In this document: positions 1-10,418 of the stretch, one piece after another
Layout of the letters: every line of letters begins with the position of its first letter
How positions within the stretch are numbered: position 1 is the first letter of the stretch
DNA from: Octopus sinensis
Lineage: Eukaryota
Assembly (NCBI RefSeq): GCF_006345805.1
Contig: NW_021826716.1
Coordinates: 1 to 12,016 of the forward strand
Direction of reading: 5' to 3'
Length of the DNA: 12,016 nt
Notes under the pieces: generated by a model
Told to the model about the DNA's origin: nothing
The model's database searches: none
What the model saw: the letters and a program-made list of their open reading frames with translations, nothing else
Made by a program: the position numbers and the translations under genes

Positions 1-116
1 GATAGAATATTAAAGACTTAAAGAATCAAATAAGTCCTCGAGTCGATTTGTTCGTCAAACCCTTGAAGGCAGTGACCCAGCACGTCCGTAGTCGAATAAC
101 TGAAACAAAAAAAAAA
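1..116 (+). mobile_element. 3' portion of a tRNA-derived SINE, diverged, cut by the window edge
   Basis: Aligns by eye with the 3' part of the SINE at 2303-2410 (GATAGAATA..AATAAGTCC..GGTCGA..AAGGCGGTG.CCAGCA..CGCAGTC.AATGACTGAA) and ends in an A-run. Confidence 0.75.
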
Positions 117-123
117 CCGATGA

Positions 124-339
124 AATACACACACATATACATTCATACACAAACATACATTCATACACAAACATACATTCATACACAAACATACATTCAT
201 ACACAAACATACATACATACACACATACACATACATACATACACACACATACATACATACATACATACATACATACATACATACATACATACATACATAC
301 ATACATACATACATACATACATACATACATACATACATA
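124..339. repeat. (ACAT)n/(AC)n compound microsatellite
   Basis: Direct reading. Includes ATTCATACACAAACATAC higher-order units at about 142-205, then pure ACAT. Confidence 0.97.
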
Positions 340-798
340 GCTAGCTTCCTTTCTGACAATCATTGAAACATTTTCATCCTGGATGCCAAATTTATATTAA
401 CAGGAATTGAAATGAGAATAAAAATCAAAAATAAATCTAAGTCATGTTCTTATAAGCAGCTTTAGTTCAACTAGCTCATCGACAAAAGGATTGTAACGGA
501 ACATGGAACAGAATAATGGTCTCTTAAATAGTAAAGATATTTAGGAATTGAGCGATGTGATATTAAGGTAAACAAATCTGGCTTAATAAAACGTGTCATC
601 ACCTGTATCGTGTGTGTGTGCGCGAGCCTGTAAGTGGCCGGATAGTCCACAGGTAACTGTATTGTTAGCATAATTCTCAAGTAGAAAGCAGTTTGATTTT
701 GTATAACAAGGCTGGGTCTTTATATTACAACTAGAATTTATTTGATGGATTCCATGATTCTGTCATAAAGTTAGGTTTGACCAGCGACTACTGTACAA

Positions 799-867
799 AC
801 ACTTGCCTAAGATGGCATGCAGTGAAATCGAACCTGGGCACTTCTTAACCAATCGTCTATGCTGCAT
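799..867 (-). mobile_element. Degraded SINE 5' head
   Basis: Reverse complement GGTTCGATTTCACTGCATGCCATCTTAGGCAAGTGT matches the B box plus CTTGGGCAAGTGT of the SINE at 2030. Confidence 0.6.
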
Positions 868-875
868 GGGAGGAA

Positions 876-950
876 TTGCTAAAACGTTTACTTCGCAACC
901 ATGTGGCACTGAGTTTGATCCCACCACGTTGGATGTTGGACGAGTGCATT
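876..950 (+). mobile_element. Degraded SINE 5' head
   Basis: GCTAAAACGTTTACTTCGCAACCATGTGGCACTGAGTTTGATCCCACCACG resembles GGTAAGTAGCTTACTAACCAACCACATGGTTCCGGGTTCAGTCCCACTGCG at 2048-2098. Confidence 0.5.
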
Positions 951-1189
951 TTATCTTAAATTTGAACTGAGTCAAAGTTTGTCAGTGAAATTGGATTGAC
1001 AGAAACAGTGTAGATATCTGTAGGGTATGTTGTACTTGTCATACTCTGTATTAAACTGATTTTATTTGATAATTATGTTAATGATACTCAGCAACTTAAT
1101 TGCCGAGTCAGTGAGAAGGTAAATTAGTTAATAAAACAACTGAATAATCAACAAGTCTGGCTGAGATTCCTTTACTTTCTACAGGCATA

Positions 1190-1259
1190 CACGCATACAT
1201 ATACATACGCACTGTATATCTTTATGTACATATATATATATGCTGTTGCCGCGCATGTG

Positions 1260-1322
<63 letters not shown>

Positions 1323-1340
1323 TATATATAAATATATTAT
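1190..1340. repeat. (TA)n-rich microsatellite
   Basis: Direct reading. Confidence 0.9.
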
Positions 1341-1577
1341 AACTGTGCCCTTTTTAAAGCCTAGTCAGGCTCATGGTCCCGGTTTTTCCGGTTTCAATGG
1401 CGTATGTTCCCCAGCTGGACGGGACACCAGTCCATCGCAGCGTTACTCATTTTTGCCAGCTGAGTGGACTGGAGCAACGTGAAATGAAGTGTTTTGCTTA
1501 AGAACACAACGCTAGCCCGGTCCAGGAATCGAAACAACAATCTTACGATCATGATGCTGACACTCTAACAACTAAGC
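1341..1577 (-). mobile_element. tRNA-derived SINE, second family
   Basis: Minus strand: A-box-like GCTTAGTTGTTAGAG, B box GTTTCGATTCC (plus 1525-1535), CORE-like GTGTTCTTAAGCAAAACACTT, then CTGCGATGGACTGGTGTCCCGTCCAG and a distinct 3' tail. Confidence 0.8.
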
Positions 1578-1639
1578 AAGAATTTGAGCCTCCTAGCATC
1601 ATCACTCACAATACTACTATCACTTGCCTAGCATCGCCT

Positions 1640-1690
1640 ATACCACCACCACCACCAAAAACAACAACAATAACAACAACAGCAAGAACA
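1640..1690. repeat. (CCA)n/(ACA)n trinucleotide tract
   Basis: Direct reading. Confidence 0.8.
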
Positions 1691-1904
1691 GTAAAGAGCT
1701 ACTACAAAAATGACTTCAGAACAATAAACAAGGTGTCAACAGCTTGTTTTGGAATTTTCTGGACGATGGGAGTGGGATAAATGAATTGCTATTAGATCTC
1801 ATCTTACACGCACTGTCTAGAATTCATAAGTTGCTGCTTCACACGCACAAATATACAAAGCAAAAGGTAACACAAAGTGAAATATACTATATGATATAGA
1901 ATAA

Positions 1905-1907
1905 ACA

Positions 1908-1948
<41 letters not shown>

Positions 1949-1997
1949 ATTATATATATATATATATAATATATATCTATATATATATAATAATATA

Positions 1998-2029
<32 letters not shown>
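1905..2029. repeat. (TA)n microsatellite
   Basis: Direct reading. Confidence 0.95.
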
Positions 2030-2410
2030 GCGCAGGAGTGGCTGTGTGGTAAGTAGCTTACTAACCAACCACATGGTTCCGGGTTCAGTCCCACTGCGTG
2101 GCATCTTGGGCAAGTGTCTTCTGCTATAGCCCCGGGCCGACCAATGCCTTGTGAGTGGATTTGGTAGACGGAAACTGAAAGAAGCCTGTCGTATATATGT
2201 ATATATATATATGTGGTGTGTTTTGTGTCTGTGTTTGTCCCCTAGCATCGCTTGACAACCGATGCTGGTGTGTTTACGGTCCCCGTCGGCGCAAAAGAGA
2301 CCGATAGAATAAGTACTGGGCTTTACAAAGAATAAGTCCCGGGGTCGAGCTGCTCGATTAAAGGCGGTGCTCCAGCATGGCCGCAGTCAAATGACTGAAC
2401 AAGTAAAAGA
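2030..2410 (+). mobile_element. Near full-length tRNA-derived SINE (Octopus-type) with internal TA/TG microsatellite
   Basis: A box TGGCTGTGTGG (2039-2049), B box GGTTCAGTCCC (2082-2092), CORE-like CTTGGGCAAGTG, internal microsatellite at about 2192-2235, AG-rich 3' end. Family recognised from memory. Confidence 0.85.
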
Positions 2411-2430
2411 GAAAAAAGAAGAGAGAAGAG

Positions 2431-2994
2431 AATATATATATATATATAATATTTTATATATATATATCTATATATATATACATACCTATATATATCATAT
2501 GTCTGGTGTGGTGTGTGTGGTGTGTGTATACCATTATACATATGAATAATATATAATTTCAAGTAAAAAGTATAAGCGCATATAATATATATATATGTAT
2601 ATAGTACATATACATATATCTGAGTATACAGATATATATAGTATAACATATATATTATATTATACATATACAATAATATATTACATATATATATTGTCAT
2701 ATAATATACATATAATATATATAAATATATATATGTATATATATGTATATATAAATATAGATACGTATATATATGTATATACATAATATATATATATATA
2801 TATAATATACATATCTATATGTCCATATATACATATACATATATTATATACGTATACATATATATATATGTTATATATATACATATATATATATTATATA
2901 TATATATATATATATCTATATATATATATATAAGTATATATATATATATATATATCTATATATATCTATATATATATATATATATATATATAAG

Positions 2995-3042
<48 letters not shown>

Positions 3043-3096
3043 TATCTATATATATATAATATATTATATATATATATAGATATATATATATATATG
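2431..3096. repeat. Long interrupted (TA)n array
   Basis: Direct reading. Confidence 0.95.
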
Positions 3097-3097
3097 T

Positions 3098-4930
3098 ACT
3101 TAGAAAACTTAGATATTTTTCGACCAAAGATTGGTCCGGGCCATGTCTAACTTAATAGCACCACCTGATAGGATTATTTGAATCCTGTTTAAGTCAAGTT
3201 TTGTTAATGGATCTATCCAGACTCCGTTTAAAGTTGATGGGATCCTTTTCCTCTTAGATCTCTTTCGGGACAATGTTAAATAGGGCAGGGCCTGTTGAGG
3301 AAAAGCAATTATGTTGCAGTGTACATGTATGCTGTGATCTTGAATTAGGCAGGGGACGTTTGGTGCGTGGTCCCAGTCTTGGATGAACCTTGAAGCTAAT
3401 GTTCAGGTCGTTTGGGCAAAGTTGGCGGTATATTCTCCACATCGTACAAATGATGTACTGTTCACGGCGACGCTGGAGAGAGTAGAGTTTCAAGGCTTTA
3501 AGGCGATCCCAATAATCGAGAGCAGCCATGCCTTCAATTCGGTTAGTGAGTGCCCTCTGGGGTGATTCAATCCTCGAGATGTTTTGTCTTGTATGGGGAG
3601 ACCACAGTGGGCAGCAGTATTCGAGGTGTGGCCGTACGAAGGAGGAGGAAAGTGGTATGATGACACTTTGTTCTCTGGACCGGAAAGTTCTTAAGATCCA
3701 GGAACTCATCCTACGAGCTATATCGACCTTCTTGTTGATGTGTGCACTCCAACTGAGATCGTCATCAACAATTACACCCAGGTCTCTGATATTGTTAGAG
3801 GCTGTGAGCGGTTCCCCTGAAGGAAGAGAGTATGGCTGTTTTAGTGAGGAATTTCTTCCAAAATGCATCAGCTCAAATTTTCCCTCGTTCAGTTGCATTT
3901 TGTTTCTGTCTGCCCATTGACTCACAGCATATAGATCAGACTGGAGTTGAGTTCGGTCTGCTTCTTCATTGACGATTTGCTGGAGCTTAGTGTTATCAGC
4001 AAATATTTTCACTTTGCAGTAATGTACCACACTGGAAAGGTCGTTTATGAAAATTATGGAGTAGCGGACCCAAGACAGTCCCCTGGGGGACACCGCTAAT
4101 GACTTTTGCTGGGCTTGAGTGGACTCCATCAACTACAACATGTTGTGTTCTATTTGCCAGTGTAGAACTTTTCCACGGATTCCAACATTTGCCAATTTTG
4201 AGAGTAGGATATTATGGTCTACCCTGTCGAACGCTTTACTGAAGACAAGATATATGACATCAGAGTTCGAACCTGTTCCCAAGGTTTTGTGTACATCTTC
4301 AATGTGGTGTAAGAGCTGTGTTAGACAGTCCCTGCCACGGCGAAAGCCATGCTGATTTGCATTTAGGAGTTTGTGGGTCTCCAGGAAGTCAGCTATCCTT
4401 GATCTTAACACTCTTTCAAACACTTTAATGATGTGGGAGGTGAGTGAGATTGGGCGATAGTTGACTGCGAGGGATCTGTTTCCCTGTTTGAAAACCGGGA
4501 TGACTGACTGGGATAGAAACTGTTTCGGTATATAACCTGTGTCTAACGAATTTCACCAGAGGTTGGTCAGAGGGACTGCAAGTTGGTGTCTACATTCCTT
4601 CAGGAGACTAGCGGGGAATCTATCAGGGCCTACAGCAGAGTAGTATTTGACCTCCTTTATTGCTGCTATGATGTCATTGGCAGTGAAGGTTATGTCTGAG
4701 ATTTTATGTTGGGAGTCAACTTCGTTCGCTTCTCTTACGTCAATGTCAGTGGGAACACTAAAGACAAAGCAGTATTGTTTCTGCAGTATTTCTGCCATTT
4801 CTTTAGCATCGTGTTGGGGAATGCCGTTATCATCAATCAATGGCCCAATTGGTGAGACAGTGGTTCTATGCTTATTGCATAAGAATAGAACACTTTTGGG
4901 TTCTGTTTGATGTTTTTGATTACCCACTTA
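3098..4930 (-). mobile_element. CR1-clade LINE copy A, 5'-truncated, decayed
   Basis: RT motifs NYRPISLTSHIIKVFER, NQHGFR, YLVFSKAFD, GVPQGTVLGPLL, FADNTKL and the CR1-type C-terminus LYSLQRRRE. 3' UTR with hairpin and TCTAAG tail repeats. (TA)n on both sides. Confidence 0.9.
3254..4930 (-). pseudogene. ORF2 remnant (linker plus reverse transcriptase) of CR1 copy A
   Basis: ORF pieces 4553-4927, 4133-4423 and 3254-4132 are collinear with copy B ORF2. Frameshifts near 4885, 4155 and 4055, stops at 4553 and 3254, and both catalytic motifs altered (YLD to YLV; FADD to FADN). Confidence 0.9.
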
Positions 4931-5343
4931 TATAAATATATAAGTATATATATATATATATATATAATATATATATATATATATCTATACATACATATAA
5001 TATAAGTATATATATACATACATACATATATACATACAATATATATATACATACATATATATATACACACATATATATACACACATTTAAATATACATAG
5101 ATATATATACATATATATACACACACTATATATACACATATATATATATATATACATATATATATACATATATAACACACATATATATATATATATATAT
5201 AACATATATATATACATATATATATATACATATATATATACACATATATATATACATATATATATACACATATATATAATATATATATACATATATATAA
5301 TACATATATATATACACATATATATATACACATATATATATAC

Positions 5344-5432
<89 letters not shown>

Positions 5433-5433
5433 T
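4931..5433. repeat. (TA)n/(CA)-interrupted array
   Basis: Direct reading. Confidence 0.95.
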
Positions 5434-5504
5434 AAAAAAAAAGGAAATGAGAAAATGCTGACAAAAATTTAAGTAAGGGAGAGTGTATTTAATTAGGTGA
5501 AAGT

Positions 5505-5543
5505 TCTTTTACCGGTTGCGCATTTGTTATGCTTATCAAAAGA
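5505..5543 (-). ncRNA. Minimal type I hammerhead-like motif, U3:A8 core variant with A13C
   Basis: Minus strand TCTT-TTGATAA-GCAT(AACAA)ATGC-GCAA-C(CG)GT-A-AAAGA: stem I, variant core, perfect 4-bp stem II, palindromic ACCGGT stem III and a GUA triplet. Confidence 0.6.
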
Positions 5544-5599
5544 TATTTTGAGTGAGATAGAGTTCCATTCTGATTGATTTTTTTTCTATCTTTTTTAAA

Positions 5600-5618
5600 T
5601 ATACATATAATATATATA

Positions 5619-5701
<83 letters not shown>
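5600..5701. repeat. (TA)n microsatellite
   Basis: Direct reading. Confidence 0.95.
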
Positions 5702-5703
<2 letters not shown>

Positions 5704-5787
5704 CTTAGAATAACTTAGAAAGGTTTTGGCCAGTATTGGCCCAGGTCATGTCTAACTTAATAGCACTACCTGGCGAAGTCTTTCAAT

Positions 5788-8773
5788 TCAGGATTTGGGC
5801 ACCGAGGCCCATTCGAGCAGAGAGTTATTGTTGCGGAGACATACCGGGTGTGTGGGTGGTTTGTCCGGGACTGTTTGAAGGAATTTGTCCAAAGACTTCT
5901 TGAATTTTGTGTGGTCAGTTTCTGTTTTGACGTGTACTGGTGTAATGTTGAAGAGAGCGGGTTCAATTGAGGTGAAATAATTGTGCCGTATTGTCGTTAT
6001 GTGATGCGATTTAGATTTTTGTTGTGGACGGATGGAACGTGGTCCAAGCCTTGGATGTACTTTGAAGGTGATGCCAACATCATTCGGACAGTGCTGATGG
6101 AATATTTTCCACATCATACAGATAATGTAGCGTTCACGGCGTCGTTGGAGTGAAAACAGTTTCAGTTTCTCTAGTCTACCCCAGTAGTCAAGGTCTGACA
6201 TGTCATCTATATTTTTTGTGATTGACCTTTGGGGAGCTTCAATTCTCATAATATTTTGTTTTGTGTAGGGAGACCACAGTGGACAGCAATATTCAAGGTG
6301 GGGTCGGGCAAAAGTGGAGAAGAGAAGAATAATGGTGTGGGAATCTCTCGACTGGAAGGTTCTGAGAATCCAGGAACACATTGTGCGGGCCATGTCAACT
6401 TTGTGGCTTATATGTGTAGCCCAGCTTATGTTGTTGTCCACTGTTACTCCCAAGTCTCTGATGTTGTTAGACGCCATGAGAATTTCTCCAGAAGGAAGGG
6501 TGTATGGGAGTTTCAGAGCGTCCTCCCTTCCAAAGCGGATCAGTTCGAATTTGTCTTCGTTTAGCAACATGTTGTTCTTTTCCGCCCATTGGACAACAGC
6601 CAGTAGGTCTGACTGAAGGCTTTTTCGGTCATCCACGCCATTGATGACCTTCTGGAGCTTGGAAACATCAGCGAAGGTTCTGATGTTACTGTGTTTGATG
6701 GGGTCAGTAATATCATTAATGTAGATGATGAAGAGAAGTGGGCCCAACACAGTGCCTTGTGGGACACCACTGCTGACTTTGGCTGGGCTGGATTTGACTC
6801 CTTCGACTACAACATGTTGGGTTCTGTTAGACAGGAAGCACTTGATCCACTGCAGCAGCTTTCCAGTGACACCAATATTGGACAGCTTTCTCAAAAGGAT
6901 CTTATGATCAACCATGTCAAAGGCCTTGCTGAAATCAAGGTAGATGACATCAGTGTTGGAACCCTCTACCAAGGCTCTCAAAATGTCATCAAAATGATGC
7001 AGTAGCTGCGTCAGGCAATCTCTTCCATTACGGAATCCATGCTGGTTGGAGTTCAGCATATTATGACTCTCAAGGAAGTGAGTCATACGCGATCTCACCA
7101 CTCTCTCAAATACCTTAATGATATGAGAAGTGAGTGAGATTGGACGGTAATTCACGGCAAGCGATTTGTTTCATTTTTTGAAAACTGGGACAACAGGCTG
7201 GGATAGAAGGTCTTCTGGTATATATCCAGCATCCAGTGAGTTCCGCCACATATTGGCTAGAGGGGGTGCAAGTTGGTGTTGACACATCTTCAAGACACAT
7301 GCAGGGAACTTATCGGGACCTACTGCTGAATTGTGCTTTATTTCCTTTATTGCTGCTAAGACATCAGGAGCGCCAAAAGTTATGTCCGATAAAGTGTATT
7401 GGGGAGTAACATCACTGATACAGCTCAGATCAGTCATATCAGGATTATGGTTTTGGCATTGTCTTGAAGAGTACCATTTTCATCAATCAGAGGGCCAACA
7501 GTAGAACCAGTGACTCTGTGTTTTTTTGCAAATGAAAAGAACACTTTGGGATTGAGTGTGATCTTCTCAATGGCCCAGGCCTCTTCAGCTCTTCTCTGAC
7601 TATTGATGATAGACATCATATTGTTTTGGAGTTTATGTTTTTTAATCTCTAGCGACGAGATGGCAGTCAGGTTGGTGTGTTGCTGTTGAAAGTATTTCAG
7701 CTTGTTGATTTTTTTGTTAATTCTTTTAATTTTCCTGATGAGAGATTTTCTATTTCTAGGGATTCGACACTTAGATTTGTTTGAAGATCTTAATGGGGTG
7801 TGTTTTGCCACATATGTTCGTAATGGTTGTCTACAATGACTGCCAGGACTTTTTGATGTTTTTGATGTTAGTGGGCGTGTATGTGTGCGTGAAGGACCAA
7901 TCGACTTGTGCAAGATCATTATTGATCGCTTCCCAGTTTGCATTGTGGAAATCCATAGTGTCAAATGGATGAACAGGAGGGATGACATTTGTTTTGCATT
8001 TTGGCCGGTGAAATCTCAGATCACAGAGAACCATGTCATGATCAGAGAGTAGGGTTTTCACCACTGCAATATTGTGGATAGTATCAGTGTGATTGCTGAA
8101 AATTAAGTCTAAGACGTTTTTGTGACATCTCGTTGGTTCGAGCACCAGTTGGGACAGGAGGAAATCAACCAGGAAGTCAAGAAGCGATTCCACTGCCTCC
8201 CTGTCAGGGATTGAGAGAGAAGAACCTGGCGGCAGACTGTTTGTAGACCAGTCAACTCCGGGAAGGTTGAAGTCTCCCATCATTAAAATGTTGTCAGGTT
8301 GACACTGCTGAATGAAACACTTTATGTTGCTGAGGCATTCCTTGAAGCATGGTAGGGACGTTTGGGGTGGTCTGTAGAGCCCAACTACTGTTAAGTTGTT
8401 GGTTTGACTGAATACAGCGACTACTCCGCAGTATCCATTGGAAAATATGTTCATAGCTTCCGTTGAGAATGAATCATGAACATAAATGGCAGTCCCACCC
8501 TTTCTTCTGCCAGCACGATCAGCACGAATGGCTTTGAAACTTAACTTTCACCTCGGCTTCCAAGTGGAGGTTACTAAGATGGGTTTCAGTGAGGACGAAG
8601 AAAGGGATGTGGTTTGGATGGGCATCGACCCAGTCCCCCAGGAATTTTATCTTCCATTTTTGAGTATTGGTGGAAGGGCTGATGCCTTGGGCATTAAGCA
8701 AAAATGTTGAGGCGAGAGTGGATGGTTTTAATTGTTTTGGTGTTTTGTTTATTTGATTGCTTTTTAATGGCAT
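5788..8773 (-). pseudogene. ORF2 (APE endonuclease plus reverse transcriptase), about 1000 codons, disrupted
   Basis: APE motifs LLNAQGI, LTETHL, RADR..KGGTAIYV, MGDFNLP, VLDLIFSN and SDHDMV. RT motifs QHGFR, YLDFSKAFD, GVPQGTVLGPLLF and FADV. Frameshifts near 8540, 7810 and 7445 (the last with a deletion relative to copy A), in-frame stops at 7831 and 7171. Confidence 0.92.
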
Positions 8774-9233
8774 GTGCAGTGGGGTGATAGTGGTGGATGG
8801 TGGTGGGTGATAGCTCGGATGTTTTATTCCAGTTCTTTTGCTAGATTCATTATAGCTAAAAAGGAGGAAGAAGTTTCCTGTCTAGGGAACTGTAGGTGAC
8901 TGTGGTTGTGGTTATTTTATATGAATGGTTATTTCTATATGAGATGTAGGTTTTTTGGTTTTTATTTTTATTTTTATTATCATTTGTCCGACGAGTCCCC
9001 GGGAGATGGGTAAAGGGACAATCCCTGTGCAAACACAACCTGTCTCGCTGGGAATAGCTGCAGATTTGGGGATTCCTTTTTTGAGATATTGGTGGTTGTG
9101 GTGGTGTTGTAATAGAGTATGTATTATGGTGGTGGCTTTTGTAGTTTGTGGGGATAGAGCGTTTTGTTCCAGGTAAATGGGTGAATTTGCAGTCTCTATC
9201 AGTGCACAATCTATGGCGGAGAGAATAACGGCA
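8760..9233 (-). pseudogene. ORF1 C-terminal remnant with two C-x8-C-x4-C-x3-H zinc fingers
   Basis: [19 protein letters not shown] (first Cys at 9231-9233) and [19 protein letters not shown] (first Cys at 9060-9062), 57 codons apart, each followed by LPGT.R. Lies immediately upstream of the APE. Confidence 0.7.
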
Positions 9234-9393
9234 TATATATATACACACACATATATATATATATATTATATATATATATATATAATATAATATATATATA
9301 TATATATATATAATTATATATATATATATACAGATATACATATATAATATATAATACATATATATATATAGATATACACATATATATATATAT

Positions 9394-9448
<55 letters not shown>

Positions 9449-9593
9449 TATATATATCTATACACACACACATATATATATAATATATATATATATATTA
9501 TATATAATACACACACACATATATATATATATATATACATATATATAAATATATATATATAACATATATATAAATATATATATATACACACAC

Positions 9594-9627
<34 letters not shown>

Positions 9628-9726
9628 GTATATATATATATTATATATAATATATATATGTGTGTGTTATATATATATATTTATATATATGTATATTATA
9701 TATTTATATATATGTATATATATATA

Positions 9727-9757
<31 letters not shown>

Positions 9758-9854
9758 TATATATATGTGTGTGTGTATATATATATATATATGTATATAT
9801 TATGTATATATATATATATATGTGTGTGTATATATATATGCCGTTATTCTCTCC

Positions 9855-9860
<6 letters not shown>
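9212..9860. repeat. Fold-back inverted duplication of the LINE 5' junction plus TA array
   Basis: TATGGCGGAGAGAATAACGGC (9212-9232) recurs inverted at 9840-9860. The adjacent TA/CA pattern is mirrored, and interruptions switch from CA-type to TG-type near 9605. Confidence 0.85.
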
Positions 9861-9901
<41 letters not shown>

Positions 9902-9923
9902 ATATATATATTATATATATATG

Positions 9924-9955
<32 letters not shown>
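9861..9955. repeat. (TA)n microsatellite
   Basis: Direct reading. Confidence 0.95.
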
Positions 9956-10102
9956 AAAAGCAATAAAGATTCAAGTTAATTTAAATGAATTTACTTGAAT
10001 ATGGTACCTAACTTAGATGCACCAAAAGAAACCATACTGTTTTAACAATACAGTAATGTGGGGTGATTATAAGCGAGAAAGAAGCAACAAGAATGGATAG
10101 AT

Positions 10103-10193
10103 TTTTAGTACAATCGTTTCATACAAGGACAGGCTTTATTAAATGTTGCAAAAATTACAGCATATAAACGTGTCCCGTACTCATCAGCTAAAA
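10103..10193 (-). ncRNA. Type I hammerhead ribozyme (left copy)
   Basis: Exact reverse complement of 10419-10509. Predicted cleavage between 10109 and 10108. Confidence 0.82.
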
Positions 10194-10418
10194 TACATGC
10201 AATCCCTCCTCATATCTCTGGAAATGCATATGTGCACTATGGATTAGGTCACCTTCTCTGTGATGCTATTAAAACTTTTTTAAAATTCTGTGATAAGACT
10301 GTACATCATCTTTAAAGAACTTTAATGAACTTTGGAAATCTGTTTATGTTACTTAATTACCTACATTACTTCATGAGTATAGCCTCAACCACTAGGATGT
10401 CTAGAGAACTCACATGTA

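Larger units (their letters stand above)
5702..9233 (-). mobile_element. CR1-clade LINE copy B: ORF1 3' part, full ORF2 and 3' UTR; 5'-truncated, decayed
   Basis: Collinear CCCH-finger ORF, APE, RT and 3' UTR ending in (TTCTAAGTTA)2, with (TA)n at both ends. Confidence 0.92.

Noticed and set aside
18-363. ORFs of 98-113 aa (MYVC/HTYI repeats)
   Set aside because: Translations of the (ACAT)n microsatellite.
2030-2100. Functional tRNA gene
   Set aside because: A and B boxes are present but there is no cloverleaf, and the sequence continues into a SINE body.
1804-3040. Multiple Tyr/Ile-rich ORFs
   Set aside because: (TA)n lacks stop codons in these frames; the remainder is SINE sequence.
4837-5464. 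Long YI-rich ORFs up to 169 aa
   Set aside because: Microsatellite read-through. Only the last few codons ([17 protein letters not shown]) are real LINE ORF2.
3383-7005. Plus-strand ORFs opposite the RT regions
   Set aside because: Antisense shadows of LINE ORF2 with no recognisable domain.
3098-7600. Idea that LINE copies A and B are a local tandem duplication
   Set aside because: Too many amino-acid and synonymous differences, and different lesions, tails and 5' ends. They are independent insertions.
9990-10036. TATGGTA...GAAACCATA resembling a type III hammerhead stem III
   Set aside because: No CUGANGA-like core or stem II between the two strands.
9970-10061. Small hairpins ATTCAAGT..ACTTGAAT and TACTGT..ACAGTA, and a single TAACTTAGA matching the LINE tail
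   Set aside because: Short AT-rich matches expected by chance; no supporting context.
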